64,000 nucleotides of DNA from Sphingomonas sp. (GCF_025363195.1 NZ_JANYEK010000048.1:4629-68628); one strand, 5' to 3'; positions 42,078 to 52,358 are shown, counted from the first letter of the stretch. The notes: a model not told the origin generated them from the letters alone. Program-made: numbers and translations.

Positions 42078-42917
42078 CTATTTAATCCCTGCCGCCCGTT
42101 TCAAATACGGCTTCACATCGACCAGCCGATACCCCGGCGTCGTCGCCGCGAAGTGCCGCAGCCAATAGCCATGCCCCGCGCCATAGATGACCAGCACCCG
42201 GTCCCCCGGTTTGGCGGCATCGATCAGTTTGCCGAAAATCTTCGCATTGCGCATGTACCACATGGCGTTCAGAACCGCGCCCGGCTGCTGCTCGCTATCG
42301 CCGAACCGCAGCAGATTGTAATAGAAGCCCTGCCCCGCCGTCGGCGAGTTTTCATCGTTATAGCGCAACAGCATCGCCGGGATGCTCATCGTCGGCAGAT
42401 CGTGTTCCGTCCTCGTCGCACCGGCCTGAACCTCGGCGATCATCGCGTCGAGTTGATCCTTGCGCCCATGCGCTTTCGCCCAGTCCTCGACCGGCCCAAA
42501 CGGGAAGTAATCCGGCCCGTCTTTGCCCGGCTGCTCGTCGATCCCCTGCACGCTCGGCAACTTCATCTTGGCGGCGATGCGATAGCCCAGTTGCACCGTC
42601 TCATCACGGGTCTTGGTCAACAGATCGGGTGTAAAATTATGATACGGCGTCACATCATAGGCCGGGCCGGGGCGCCGGGATTCGACCATCACCCGGGTCG
42701 GCTTGAACGTCGCGATCGCTTCGGCCAGCGCATCAAGTTCGCGTTGGCGGCGCGGCACGGTCACGTCGTCCACCTTGACGTTGACCTTGTCGAGACCCGG
42801 ATTGTCAAAATGGTATGTGCCCAACACCATGACCTGCACCGGCTCGGCCGACCCGGGAAGAGGCGCGGGAACGGGCGCCGCCACGACCGCCGCAACGAAA
42901 CTCAACAGCCCGATCAT
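42078..42917 (-). CDS. Secreted DUF5694-like protein
   Basis: Signal peptide, VMVLGTYHFDNPG, E..QLG, WYMRN, IYGAGH. Confidence 0.75.
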   Translation of the reverse strand: MIGLLSFVAAVVAAPVPAPLPGSAEPVQVMVLGTYHFDNPGLDKVNVKVDDVTVPRRQRELDALAEAIATFKPTRVMVESRRPGPAYDVTPYHNFTPDLLTKTRDETVQLGYRIAAKMKLPSVQGIDEQPGKDGPDYFPFGPVEDWAKAHGRKDQLDAMIAEVQAGATRTEHDLPTMSIPAMLLRYNDENSPTAGQGFYYNLLRFGDSEQQPGAVLNAMWYMRNAKIFGKLIDAAKPGDRVLVIYGAGHGYWLRHFAATTPGYRLVDVKPYLKRAAGIK

Positions 42918-42930
42918 CGCAGTCTCCCCT

Positions 42931-42952
42931 GTGTGCTATTAAGCTAATACAC
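42931..42952. promoter_or_regulatory. Putative GntR(YtrA)-type operator
   Basis: GTGTGCTA-N6-TAATACAC imperfect palindrome just upstream of the DUF5694-like SD. Confidence 0.5.
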
Positions 42953-42987
42953 TTCGGGTGTGGTGTCGAGAGGGGATCGCGGGGAAT

Positions 42988-45297
42988 TTATCGCTTTTTC
43001 CCTTGATGCCGGATATTCGCCGGGCGCCCGCGCCGCTTGATCACCCGCGCCGGGCGCACGCCGGTGTCCTGGTCGGTCCGCTCAGCCTTGCCGTCGACCA
43101 TCTCGAAGCGCAGCCCACCGGTCACCGGGTTCGCCTCGGCCAGCCGCAATTGCAGCTTTTGCCCGCTGGCAAACGTCGTGCCCGAATGCTCGCCGACCAA
43201 GGTTCGCGCCTTCTCGTCGAAGCGGAAATATTCACCCCCAATGTCCCGCACCGGCATCAACCCGTCGCCGCCAATCCCCTCGACGGTCGCAAAGAAGCCG
43301 AAGTTCGTCACGCCGGTGATCCGCGCATCCACGACGTCGCCCACCCGCTCGGCTAGAAACGCAGCGACATAACGGTCCACGGTGTCGCGTTCCGCCTCCA
43401 TCGCACGGCGTTCGAGCGCGGAGATGCTCTCGCCGATCCGCTCCATGCCCGTCGCTTCGCCCTCGGTCAGCCCGCCCGGTCCGAGCTTGAACGCGCTGAC
43501 CAAGGACCGATGCACGATCAGATCGGCATAGCGGCGAATGGGCGACGTGAAATGCCCGTAACTTCCCAAAGCCAGCCCGAAATGCCCCAGATTGGCCGGC
43601 CCGTAATAGGCTTGGGTCTGCGTGCGGAGCACTTGCTCCATCACCTGTTGACGGAAATCCGCCTCCCCCACCCGGTCGAGAATGTGGTTGAACGTGCGCG
43701 GCTGCACCACCTGCCCCAGCGCGAACTCCACCCCGAAGGTCTTGAGATAATCCTTCAGCGCGACCAGCTTTTCCCGGCTGGGCGGTTCATGCACGCGGTA
43801 CATTACGGGCGCCTTCTTGCCCTCCAGCGCTTTCGCCGCCGCCACGTTGGCAGCGATCATGTAATCCTCGATCAACCGCATCGAATCCAGCCGTTCGCGC
43901 GGCGCGACCGACATGATGCGGCCTTTCTCGTCCAGCACGACGCGACGTTCCGGCAGATCGAGATCGAGCGGGCCACGCTTCTCCCGCGCTTTGAACAGCG
44001 CGCTCCAGCATGCCCAGAGCGGGAGGAGCATCGGCAATACATCCTCCTCCCGTCTGCGGGACGGGTCAGGGTAGGGGCTGGCCGCAAACGCGGTATCCGC
44101 GGAAACGCCCTCCCCCGAACCCGTCCGCAAAGCGGGAGGGGGACGAGAAGAATCGATCGCCGCCTGCGCCTCCTCATAGGCAATATTCGCCGCGAGCCGC
44201 ACCACTGCACGGGTAAAGCGCCAGCTCTTCAGCGTGCCGTTCTTCGCCACCTTCAGGTGACAGACCAGGGCCGCGCGATCCACGCCCTCCTTCAGCGAAC
44301 ACACATCCGCCGACAAAATCTCCGGCAGCATCGGCACGACGCGATCCGGAAAATATACCGAATTCCCGCGCCGCCGCGCCTCGCGGTCCAGATCGGATCC
44401 GGGCCGCACGTAGAAGCTCACATCGGCAATTGCGACGATCGCCTTCCACCCGCCCTCATTGCCGGGATCGTCATCCGCCGCCGCCCATACCGCATCGTCG
44501 TGATCGCGCGCGTCCGCCGGATCGATCGCGATGATCGGCACGTCACGCAGGTCCTCGCGATCATCACCGAGCGACTGAGCCGCCACCCGCGTCGCCTCCG
44601 CCATAGTCTCGGGCGTGAACACCGTCGGGATGCCCAATTTATGGATCGCGATCAGCGAGAAACTGCGCGGCGCGAACGGATCGCCCAGCACCTCCGTTAC
44701 CCGCACCGTGATGCGCGGCGGTCGCCCGCCTTTTTCCGCCAGCACCAGGTCGCCGTCCTCGGCCTCGCCCGCATCGGCGACGAGATATTCGCTACGATCG
44801 CGCTTCTCGACCCCGGTCAGCCACAGCTTGCCCCCCTCCTGCCGCAACACGCCGAGCACCAGTTCCTCGCCCTTGGCCAGCGCCTTCATCGGGTGTGCGA
44901 TCCAGCCCGATCCGGCCTCCTCGGTCCGTGCCAGAATTCTGTCGCCAATCCCGAGCGCCCCGCGCCGCCCCGTCTCGCGCACGCGCAGTTTCGGCGGTGG
45001 CGTGTCTGCGTGCCAATTCTCCGGCACCGCCCAAACATTGCCGCCATCATCGACATCGGCGATGCGCAGCACCGTCACCTTCGGCACCCCGCCCATCTTG
45101 TGGAACGAGCGGCCCGGCGCGCTGTCGATCAGACCCTCGTCGGCCATGTCCTTCAACAACGCCTTAAGCGAAATCTTCTGTTGCGCGGTCAGCCCGAACG
45201 CCTTGGCGATCTCGCGCTTGCCGGCCGACGACTTCGACTGCGTGATGAAATCCAGAATCTGCTCGCGCGTCGGCAAGCCGGGGGAAACTTTGGGCAT
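42988..45297 (-). CDS. rnr: Ribonuclease R
   Basis: N-terminal HTH, IDPADARDHDDA, RGNSVY, HFGL, HFTSPIRRYADL and an S1 domain. Confidence 0.95.
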   Translation of the reverse strand: MPKVSPGLPTREQILDFITQSKSSAGKREIAKAFGLTAQQKISLKALLKDMADEGLIDSAPGRSFHKMGGVPKVTVLRIADVDDGGNVWAVPENWHADTPPPKLRVRETGRRGALGIGDRILARTEEAGSGWIAHPMKALAKGEELVLGVLRQEGGKLWLTGVEKRDRSEYLVADAGEAEDGDLVLAEKGGRPPRITVRVTEVLGDPFAPRSFSLIAIHKLGIPTVFTPETMAEATRVAAQSLGDDREDLRDVPIIAIDPADARDHDDAVWAAADDDPGNEGGWKAIVAIADVSFYVRPGSDLDREARRRGNSVYFPDRVVPMLPEILSADVCSLKEGVDRAALVCHLKVAKNGTLKSWRFTRAVVRLAANIAYEEAQAAIDSSRPPPALRTGSGEGVSADTAFAASPYPDPSRRREEDVLPMLLPLWACWSALFKAREKRGPLDLDLPERRVVLDEKGRIMSVAPRERLDSMRLIEDYMIAANVAAAKALEGKKAPVMYRVHEPPSREKLVALKDYLKTFGVEFALGQVVQPRTFNHILDRVGEADFRQQVMEQVLRTQTQAYYGPANLGHFGLALGSYGHFTSPIRRYADLIVHRSLVSAFKLGPGGLTEGEATGMERIGESISALERRAMEAERDTVDRYVAAFLAERVGDVVDARITGVTNFGFFATVEGIGGDGLMPVRDIGGEYFRFDEKARTLVGEHSGTTFASGQKLQLRLAEANPVTGGLRFEMVDGKAERTDQDTGVRPARVIKRRGRPANIRHQGKKR
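44042..44143. repeat. In-frame palindromic element within rnr (family C)
   Basis: Arms TCCTCCTCCCGTCTGCGGGACGGGTCAGGGTAGGG and CCCTCCCCCGAACCCGTCCGCAAAGCGGGAGGGGGA, about 102 bp. Confidence 0.8.
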
Positions 45298-45315
45298 GGC
45301 CGCAAGCCTAGAGGC

Positions 45316-46641
45316 TCACGTCGCCGCCGTCACCTGTTCCTGCCGCCGCTTCAGGATCACCCCAGCGCGCCAGTAATGGAAGATCGCCCACGGAGTCAGC
45401 GCGACGACCGCCACCAGCGCCCAGCGCAAGGAGTCCGCCTTGCCGACATACGGAACGAGGGCGTCACTGAGCGCACCGATCGAAGTCGGCCCAAGGCCAA
45501 GGCCGATCAGGTTGATGGCCAGCAACGTGATCGCCGCCCACAACGCGCGCATCCTGAGGGGTGCCAATCCCTGCAACATCGCGAAGGTCGGGCCGAGATA
45601 GGAATTGGCGAACAGCGTGGTGCAGGCATAAGCGGCGATCGCGATCGCCGGACTGTCCGTCGTGAAAAACAGCACGGTGAACGGCAAAGCGGCGCATTTG
45701 AGCAATCCGACCATCCAGCTTTGTGCATGAATGCCCCAGCGCTTCGCCGCCCAGTCTGCCACGCGCCCGCCTCCGACGCCCGAGACCGTGCCCAGTACCG
45801 CCGCAATCGGCGCAATGATCAAGGCGACCTGCCCGACCGAAAACCCGAGCGAGCGTTGCAGGTAACTCGGCCCCCAATAGGTCGTCGCATAACCGATCAG
45901 CGAGGTCAGCGTCACCGCCAGCACCAGATGTCGCGCCGCCGCATCACGCCACATATCGCCGAATGCCGACCAGATGCCTGGCACCTCGCCCGGATGTCGG
46001 GCCGCATCTACCGCGCGCGCGGCATCCGACAAGCCCCGTCGTGGTTCGACCATGAACAGCCGCACGACCAGCGCCAGCACGAGGCCGGGGATCCCGATCG
46101 CGATGATCGCGACACGCCAGCCATAATGGCTCGCCAGCGCACCGCCCAGCATCGTGCCGAAGCCACCGCCGAGCACGACACCAAGTGTATAGATCGCCAT
46201 CGCGCTCGCTCGTTTCTCGACCGGATAGAGATCGGCGATGATCGAATGCGAGGGCGGGCTGGACCCCGCCTCCCCCACACCGACGCCGATCCGCGCGAGG
46301 AGCAACTGAAAGAAATTCTGCGCCAATCCGCAGAGCGCCGTCATCAGGCTCCACAAGGCCAGTGACACCGCGATGATGTTACGGCGGTTCGACCGATCGG
46401 CCAGTCTGGCCACCGGTATGCCCAGCCCGGCATAGAATACCGCAAAGGCCAGCCCGCCGAGCATCCCCATCTGCGTATCCGACAGCTTCAGGTCGGCCTT
46501 GATCAGCTCGACCAGGATCGAGAGGATCTGCCGGTCCATGTAGCTGAAGAAATACACCAGCGTCAGCAGCGCCAACGTCAACGTCCGCCGCCGGATCGCC
46601 AGGGTATCGGCGATTTCGGGATCGGTTGCGGCCAGGATCAT
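45316..46641 (-). CDS. MFS transporter (spinster-like)
   Basis: YMDRQILSIL, PVARLADRSNRR, RIGVGVGEAG, EPRRG, GLGLGP. Confidence 0.9.
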   Translation of the reverse strand: MILAATDPEIADTLAIRRRTLTLALLTLVYFFSYMDRQILSILVELIKADLKLSDTQMGMLGGLAFAVFYAGLGIPVARLADRSNRRNIIAVSLALWSLMTALCGLAQNFFQLLLARIGVGVGEAGSSPPSHSIIADLYPVEKRASAMAIYTLGVVLGGGFGTMLGGALASHYGWRVAIIAIGIPGLVLALVVRLFMVEPRRGLSDAARAVDAARHPGEVPGIWSAFGDMWRDAAARHLVLAVTLTSLIGYATTYWGPSYLQRSLGFSVGQVALIIAPIAAVLGTVSGVGGGRVADWAAKRWGIHAQSWMVGLLKCAALPFTVLFFTTDSPAIAIAAYACTTLFANSYLGPTFAMLQGLAPLRMRALWAAITLLAINLIGLGLGPTSIGALSDALVPYVGKADSLRWALVAVVALTPWAIFHYWRAGVILKRRQEQVTAAT

Positions 46642-46798
46642 GCGGCGCGCACGACGCGGATCACTGGGGTCGAACCCTCCGCGCCATTCTGGCAGCAGCG
46701 GGGATCCCGCTGATTTGCCTCATCCCAACGATCAGAAGCGGGGGTCTCGCCTGCGCACGGACGAAAAAGGTCAGGATCGAAGTTCATCGCAGGCCCCG

Positions 46799-46835
46799 AA
46801 AAAAGCCCCCCGTCCTTCATGTCGGACGAGGGGCT
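46799..46835 (-). terminator. Intrinsic terminator of the TonB receptor gene
   Basis: Minus strand AGCCCCTCGTCC...GGACGGGGGGCT followed by a T-run. Confidence 0.7.
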
Positions 46836-46887
46836 GTCAGTCACTCCATTCCGGTAGTCCCACCGGTAAGGTCTTGGTACTGGCCGC

Positions 46888-49725
46888 TTAGAACTTGCCG
46901 CGCACCGTCACACCGTAAGTCCGCGGTTCAGCGAGGAACTGCGAGAACAGCTGACGACCACCCGGATAGCGGGGGTCCTGGAAAGCTGCCGTCGCGGCGC
47001 CTTCCTGGAACGGCGAGTTGAACGCGACCTGGGTATAGTCCTTGTTGAAGATGTTCTGACCCCAGAACTCGATCGCCCAAACCTGGTTCTTGCCGCGCAG
47101 GCCCACACGAGCGTTGAACAGCGCGTATCCGTCCTGCGCCTTTTGTGGGAACAGATCGGACCCGGTGTTATAATCGCTGGTCAGGCGACCATCGACATAG
47201 AACAGGGCCGACAGGCCGGAGTGGCCGATATCCGGCGTGAAGGTCACCGCTGTCGTCGCGACGATTCCGGCCGAGTTCGACAGGCGCTGACCCGGCAACC
47301 GGCGGAGCGCCTGATCAAGCGGGATACCGGACGAGTTGCCAACCAGATTGTCGCGATACTTGGTGTCGGTAAACGTCGCGCCCAGCGAGACGCGGAAGTC
47401 GCGTGCCGGAACCAATGAGGCCTCCAGCTCTACGCCCTGTGCTCGCACGCCGTACCCCACGCTGCCCGATGCGCACGAACCGCTCGCCCCGGCGGCGGGG
47501 TTGTAGTTGGGTGCGGCGGGGAACTTGCTCTGGTCGCGATCGCCACCGTTCAGGCTGTCGCTGCAACCGTTGATGTTCTGCACCAAGAAGACCGTTCCGT
47601 TGAACGTGTTCAACTGGAAGTTGCTGAAGTTCTGACGGAACGCCGCGACGCTCAGCGAGAACGGGCCGGTGGCATATTTCGCGCCCACTTCGAACGCGTT
47701 GACCGTTTCAGGATCGAATTGCAGATTGTTGACCAGGGCCTGCGCCCCGCCCGCCGCTGCAAAGGTCGTCGTCGGCACGCCGTTCACGATCTGGATCGGG
47801 TTCTTCAACGCCGAGCGATCGAGGTTGAAGCCGCCGGCTTTGTAGCCACGGGCAAAGCTTGCATAGACGAGCAGATCGTTGATCGGCTTCCACGACAGGA
47901 TCGCGGTGCCGGTGAACTTGTTCTCGCTGCGCTTCGAATTGATCGCGACGCCGTTCAGCTCCGCCGTAGAATTGCCCTGGCAGCCGAGGCCGATCAGCGC
48001 GCCGGCCAGCGCACGACCGGTAGCCGTAGTTGCCGGGTTGCTGATGTCACCGGTCAGCGAGGATTCGAGCCGCGTGCAAACGGTGTTATCGTTGCCGAAC
48101 AGCGCATCGAACTTCTTGCGTTCGTGCGTATAGCGGCCGCCCAACGTCAGATTGACGGTGTTGGTGAGGTGGACGATGTTGTGGGTGAACGCGGCAAAGC
48201 TGCGACTGTTCTGTTTGTAGGTGTCGTTGGTCGATCCAAGATCGTTGAGCGAATCCAGCAGCGTAAAGCCTGCCAATACGTTCGCACCACTCGGGCCGCT
48301 GGCACCACCGATCGTCGCCTGACCGATGCCAGGGATGACGCAGCCGGGGCTGGTCGGCGAATAAAGCCCGGCCAGACCGCCGCCGGAAATGATGCGGCAA
48401 GTGGCAAAGCGGCCATATTGGGTACCGAAGCGCAGATTGTCGTGAACCGTCAGATCCTCATTGGCGAAGAAGCCGCCAACCAGCCAGTCGAGCTTGCCGC
48501 CGAACGCCTCGCCCTGCAGGCGAAGTTCCTGCGTGAAGGTCTTGAACTGGCGCGACGATCCGCCATTGGCCGCACGATAGAGGATGTCGACCGCACTGTA
48601 ATCGGTGTCGGAACCCTGATCCGACTTATAGTCGCGATATGCGGTGATCGAGGTCAGCTTCGCACCACCGAGATCGTAGTCGATCTGGCCCGAAAAGCCG
48701 TAATCCCGGGTCACGCCGGAGAAGCTGCGCCCCGGGCTCACATAAATATTGCGCGAATATCCAGGCGATTGCAGGCCGGCGAGCGGCTGGCCGAGATCGC
48801 GCAGCACGTTGACGATGTTGTTGCCGTTGGGCAGGCCCGTCGTCAGGGGCGTCGCCGGATCGTTCAAATTGCCGACATACGGATTGACCGAACGATCGAC
48901 ATAGGTCGCCGCGCAGCACTTTTCCTTGCGATGCGTGTAATCGGCGATCAGGCGGATCTTCAGGTCCGATGAGGGCTCGAACAGCAACTGGCCGCGCACG
49001 AAGTAGCGGTTGCGATTGTTCACGTCGGTATTGTTGGTCGTATCGTAATAGAAACCGTCGCGCTTGTTATAGACGGCATCCACGCGTGCGGCGATCGTCT
49101 CGCTGAGCGGCACGTTGATGTTACCGGCAAGACGGATGTTGTTGTAATTGCCATAGGTCGCTTCGCCGCCGGCGCTGAGCGCCGTGAAGCTGGGCGATTT
49201 GCTGATGATGCTGATCAGGCCCGCCGTGGAATTGCGCCCGCCGAGCGTGCCCTGCGGCCCGCGCAACACTTCGACGCGGTCGATCTCGCCGAGTTCGTTC
49301 AGGCCGATGCCGGCGCGCGAGCGATAGACGCCGTCGATGAACACCGCGACCGAGCTTTCGAGACCGGGATTGTCGCCGACCGTGCCGATGCCGCGAATAC
49401 GCGGCGAGGCGTTTGCCTCCGATCCGGTCGAGGACACCAACAACGATGGCGCAACCTGGTTGAGCTGACGAATGTCGTTCGCGCCGGAATTTTGCAGCGC
49501 CTCAGCCGATACGGCGGAGATGGCGACCGGCACGTCGGCCAGCGCCTGGGCGCGCCCCTGCGCGGTAACGACGATGTTACCCTGGTCGGAAGTATCTTCG
49601 GCCTGTACTCCAGCCGTGGCCGGTGCGAGCGAGGTTGGCGCGGCCACCTGCGCGAATGCCGGCGTCGCCAGACCCAAAGCAAGGACCGTAAAGGCGCACG
49701 CCGACATATATTGCTTCTTGAGCAT
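46888..49725 (-). CDS. TonB-dependent receptor
   Basis: Signal peptide, IVVTAQ TonB box, IRGIG, RVEVLRGPQGTL, C-terminal PRTYGVTVRGKF. Confidence 0.95.
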   Translation of the reverse strand: MLKKQYMSACAFTVLALGLATPAFAQVAAPTSLAPATAGVQAEDTSDQGNIVVTAQGRAQALADVPVAISAVSAEALQNSGANDIRQLNQVAPSLLVSSTGSEANASPRIRGIGTVGDNPGLESSVAVFIDGVYRSRAGIGLNELGEIDRVEVLRGPQGTLGGRNSTAGLISIISKSPSFTALSAGGEATYGNYNNIRLAGNINVPLSETIAARVDAVYNKRDGFYYDTTNNTDVNNRNRYFVRGQLLFEPSSDLKIRLIADYTHRKEKCCAATYVDRSVNPYVGNLNDPATPLTTGLPNGNNIVNVLRDLGQPLAGLQSPGYSRNIYVSPGRSFSGVTRDYGFSGQIDYDLGGAKLTSITAYRDYKSDQGSDTDYSAVDILYRAANGGSSRQFKTFTQELRLQGEAFGGKLDWLVGGFFANEDLTVHDNLRFGTQYGRFATCRIISGGGLAGLYSPTSPGCVIPGIGQATIGGASGPSGANVLAGFTLLDSLNDLGSTNDTYKQNSRSFAAFTHNIVHLTNTVNLTLGGRYTHERKKFDALFGNDNTVCTRLESSLTGDISNPATTATGRALAGALIGLGCQGNSTAELNGVAINSKRSENKFTGTAILSWKPINDLLVYASFARGYKAGGFNLDRSALKNPIQIVNGVPTTTFAAAGGAQALVNNLQFDPETVNAFEVGAKYATGPFSLSVAAFRQNFSNFQLNTFNGTVFLVQNINGCSDSLNGGDRDQSKFPAAPNYNPAAGASGSCASGSVGYGVRAQGVELEASLVPARDFRVSLGATFTDTKYRDNLVGNSSGIPLDQALRRLPGQRLSNSAGIVATTAVTFTPDIGHSGLSALFYVDGRLTSDYNTGSDLFPQKAQDGYALFNARVGLRGKNQVWAIEFWGQNIFNKDYTQVAFNSPFQEGAATAAFQDPRYPGGRQLFSQFLAEPRTYGVTVRGKF

Positions 49726-49949
49726 CACTCTCTCCCTGATTGGCCGAAGCGCTCGCCGGCTCCGTACCTCATCCTCTAAATGACAGGGAGAGTGTGCCTG
49801 CGTCAAGCAGAACTAGTGTTTCAATACACTACGTATCGAGGCGTGTTGCTTAAAAGTCATAGTCAGGAAATTCCCGAAGCGGCCAGAACGCACATTCGAA
49901 ACACGTTTTAGACAGGTCGGAAACCATTCCTCCCCACTCGACACGCGCT

Positions 49950-51017
49950 TTAATAGCCGTTTAAACGGGCAAACCGCTCGCGGTGGAAGGCGGCATTGCC
50001 CCACATGGTTTCCAGCACATATGCACGCTTCAGATAGAAACCGGCATCGTGTTCGTCGGTCATGCCGATGCCGCCGTGCAGTTGCACCATCTCGCGGCTG
50101 ACGAGATGCAGCGTGTCGCTGGAGATCGCTTTCGCGAGGCTCACCGCCTGGTCGGCATCGCTGCGCCCGGCGTCGATCGCTTCCAGTGCACCCTCCACGG
50201 CGGAGCGCATCAGTTCCAGTTCGGTGAACATCTTGGCCATGCGGTGCTGCAGCGCCTGGAAGGTCGACAACGCCTGGCCGAACTGCACGCGCGTTTTGAG
50301 GTAATCGTTGGTCACCGCAAACGCCTGCTCCGCCATGCCGAGCATCTCGGCACACAAAGCGGCGGTGGCGAGATCGATCACCTGCGCGGTAAGGTCCGGC
50401 CCGCCGAGCTTCTCTGCCTTCGCGCCATCGAATGTAACCTGTGCATGGCTGCGGAAATCCGCCATCTTGCGCGTCGATCGCGTCACGCCGGAATCCCCGG
50501 CCACCACATACAGCCCATCGACCGCAGACACGACCAGTAACTGCGCGCTGTCGCCTTCGGCCACGAACTGCTTCGTGCCGCTCAGCACGCCACCCGACAC
50601 GCTGGTAGCAACCTTCGCGGGATCGTGGTTCGGCCCCTCGTCGATCGCCAGCGTCGCGACGATTTCGCCGGCGGCGATTTTCGGCAACCATTCCGCCTTG
50701 GCCCCATCCGACACGCCAAGCGCGATCGCCGCTGCCGCCGCCGCGGTCGAGGCCAACGGCGAGGCGGTCAAATTGCGCCCCAATTGTTCCAGCACCATTC
50801 CCAGCGACAGATAGCCGAACGCCGATCCGCCGAATTCTTCCGGTACCACGATCCCGGCCCAGCCCATCTGACCCATCTCGGCCCAGGCGGCGGCATCATA
50901 CCCCTCCACCGTGGCGGCATTGCGCACCTTGCGGAACGCGCTCACCGGCGCCTCATTGTCCGCCCATTCCCGCGCCATATCGCGCAGCATCGTCTGTTCT
51001 TCGTTCAATACGGCCAT
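49950..51017 (-). CDS. Acyl-CoA dehydrogenase family (PimD/FadE27-like subunit)
   Basis: EEFGG, R.QFGQ.LSTFQALQHR, QLHGGIGMT.E. Confidence 0.9.
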   Translation of the reverse strand: MAVLNEEQTMLRDMAREWADNEAPVSAFRKVRNAATVEGYDAAAWAEMGQMGWAGIVVPEEFGGSAFGYLSLGMVLEQLGRNLTASPLASTAAAAAAIALGVSDGAKAEWLPKIAAGEIVATLAIDEGPNHDPAKVATSVSGGVLSGTKQFVAEGDSAQLLVVSAVDGLYVVAGDSGVTRSTRKMADFRSHAQVTFDGAKAEKLGGPDLTAQVIDLATAALCAEMLGMAEQAFAVTNDYLKTRVQFGQALSTFQALQHRMAKMFTELELMRSAVEGALEAIDAGRSDADQAVSLAKAISSDTLHLVSREMVQLHGGIGMTDEHDAGFYLKRAYVLETMWGNAAFHRERFARLNGY

Positions 51018-51040
51018 GTCTTTATCCCTTAGCCCAATGC

Positions 51041-51123
51041 CGTCATCCCAGCGCAGGCTGGGGTCTCGCGGAGGCGCGCGTCCGGCCCGCCCCAAGGAAA
51101 CCCCAGACCATGCTAAGGTGACG
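51041..51123. repeat. REP-like inverted repeat, family B (right arm decayed)
   Basis: CGTCATCCCAGCGCAGGCTGGGGTCTCG is identical to 34998-35025. Confidence 0.85.
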
Positions 51124-51137
51124 ACCGCCGCTGAAAT

Positions 51138-52358
51138 TCACTGGTGGTCCAGCATCCCGAGGATCCGCTTGGCGATCACGTTGTTCTGGATTTCGCTGGA
51201 TCCGCCATAGATCGACACCGCCTTGCCCCACAGCCAAGTGCGCGTCTGGGTCAATTCGTCTTCGCTGAACCCCTCGCCTTCCCAGCCGAGGCCGTTCATG
51301 CCCATGATTTCAATGCCCAGCTCGGCGCGATCCTGCGTGATGCGCGCGCCGACATTTTTCATGATCGAGGTCGCCGCCGACGGCCCCTGATTGGATTTCG
51401 ATTCCAGCGCGGCGCGGCGCAACGTCAGCGCAAAGGCGCGCATGTCCATTTCGTGCCGCACGATCCGCATGCGCAGATCGCCATCGTTCAACCGCCCGCC
51501 ATCGTCGATGCCGCGATACTTTTTGGCCATCGCGCTGATCGGTTGCCCAGCCATCATCCGCCCGGCACTCCCGCCGCCACCCGAGAGGCTGGACCTCTCA
51601 TGCTGCAACAGCCGCTTGCCGATCGTCCAGCCTTCGCCCTCACGCCCGACCAGATTGCCCTTCGGCACGCTGACATTGGTGAAGAACGTCTCGCAGAACG
51701 GCGACGAGCCCGAGATCAAGCGGATCGGCTTCACTTCGACACCCGACGACGTCATGTCGATGAGCATGAAGCTGATGCCCTCATGCTTTTTCGTCTTGTC
51801 GGTGCGGACCAGCGCAAAGCATTTGTCCGCCCACTGCCCACCCGAAGTCCAGGTCTTCTGGCCGTTGACGATATAATGGTCGCCCTTGTCCTCGGCGAAC
51901 ATCTGCAAGCTGGCGAGATCGGACCCGGCACCTGGCTCCGAATAGCCCTGGCACCAGCGAACTTCTCCCTTGGCGATGCCCGGAATATGCTCGGCCTTCT
52001 GCGCCTCGGAGCCGTATTCCAGCAGCGTCGGGCCGAACATCATCACGCCCATCCCGCCGATCGGGTTCCACGCACCGATCCGCGCCATTTCTTCCTGCAA
52101 CACGCGGATCTCGGCCTTGCCCAGACCCCCGCCGCCATATTGGACCGGCCAGCCGGGTACGCCCCAGCCTTTCTCGCCCACGGCCTTTTTCCAAGCTTGC
52201 TCATCCGCCGAAAGATCGGTCGGCCCGTCGATCGCGGACATCGCATTGTCCTTGCCCTTCAACGCGGGCGGGAAGTTCGCCGCGAGCCAGTCGCGCACAT
52301 CCAGGCGGAAAGCATCGGTGGTGCTGACGGGAGCATCGAGTTCGGCAGCGGAAGCCAT
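51138..52358 (-). CDS. Acyl-CoA dehydrogenase family (PimC/FadE26-like subunit)
   Basis: WCQGYSEPGAGSDLASL, NGQKTWTS, HER, IYGGSSEIQ. Confidence 0.92.
   Translation of the reverse strand: MASAAELDAPVSTTDAFRLDVRDWLAANFPPALKGKDNAMSAIDGPTDLSADEQAWKKAVGEKGWGVPGWPVQYGGGGLGKAEIRVLQEEMARIGAWNPIGGMGVMMFGPTLLEYGSEAQKAEHIPGIAKGEVRWCQGYSEPGAGSDLASLQMFAEDKGDHYIVNGQKTWTSGGQWADKCFALVRTDKTKKHEGISFMLIDMTSSGVEVKPIRLISGSSPFCETFFTNVSVPKGNLVGREGEGWTIGKRLLQHERSSLSGGGGSAGRMMAGQPISAMAKKYRGIDDGGRLNDGDLRMRIVRHEMDMRAFALTLRRAALESKSNQGPSAATSIMKNVGARITQDRAELGIEIMGMNGLGWEGEGFSEDELTQTRTWLWGKAVSIYGGSSEIQNNVIAKRILGMLDHQ

Noticed and set aside
43510-46365. 951-aa plus-strand ORF and many other long antisense ORFs (e.g. 12775-13992, 15425-16900, 37014-38342)
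   Set aside because: They lie opposite well-supported genes, lack motifs, and are expected shadows of high-GC codon bias.
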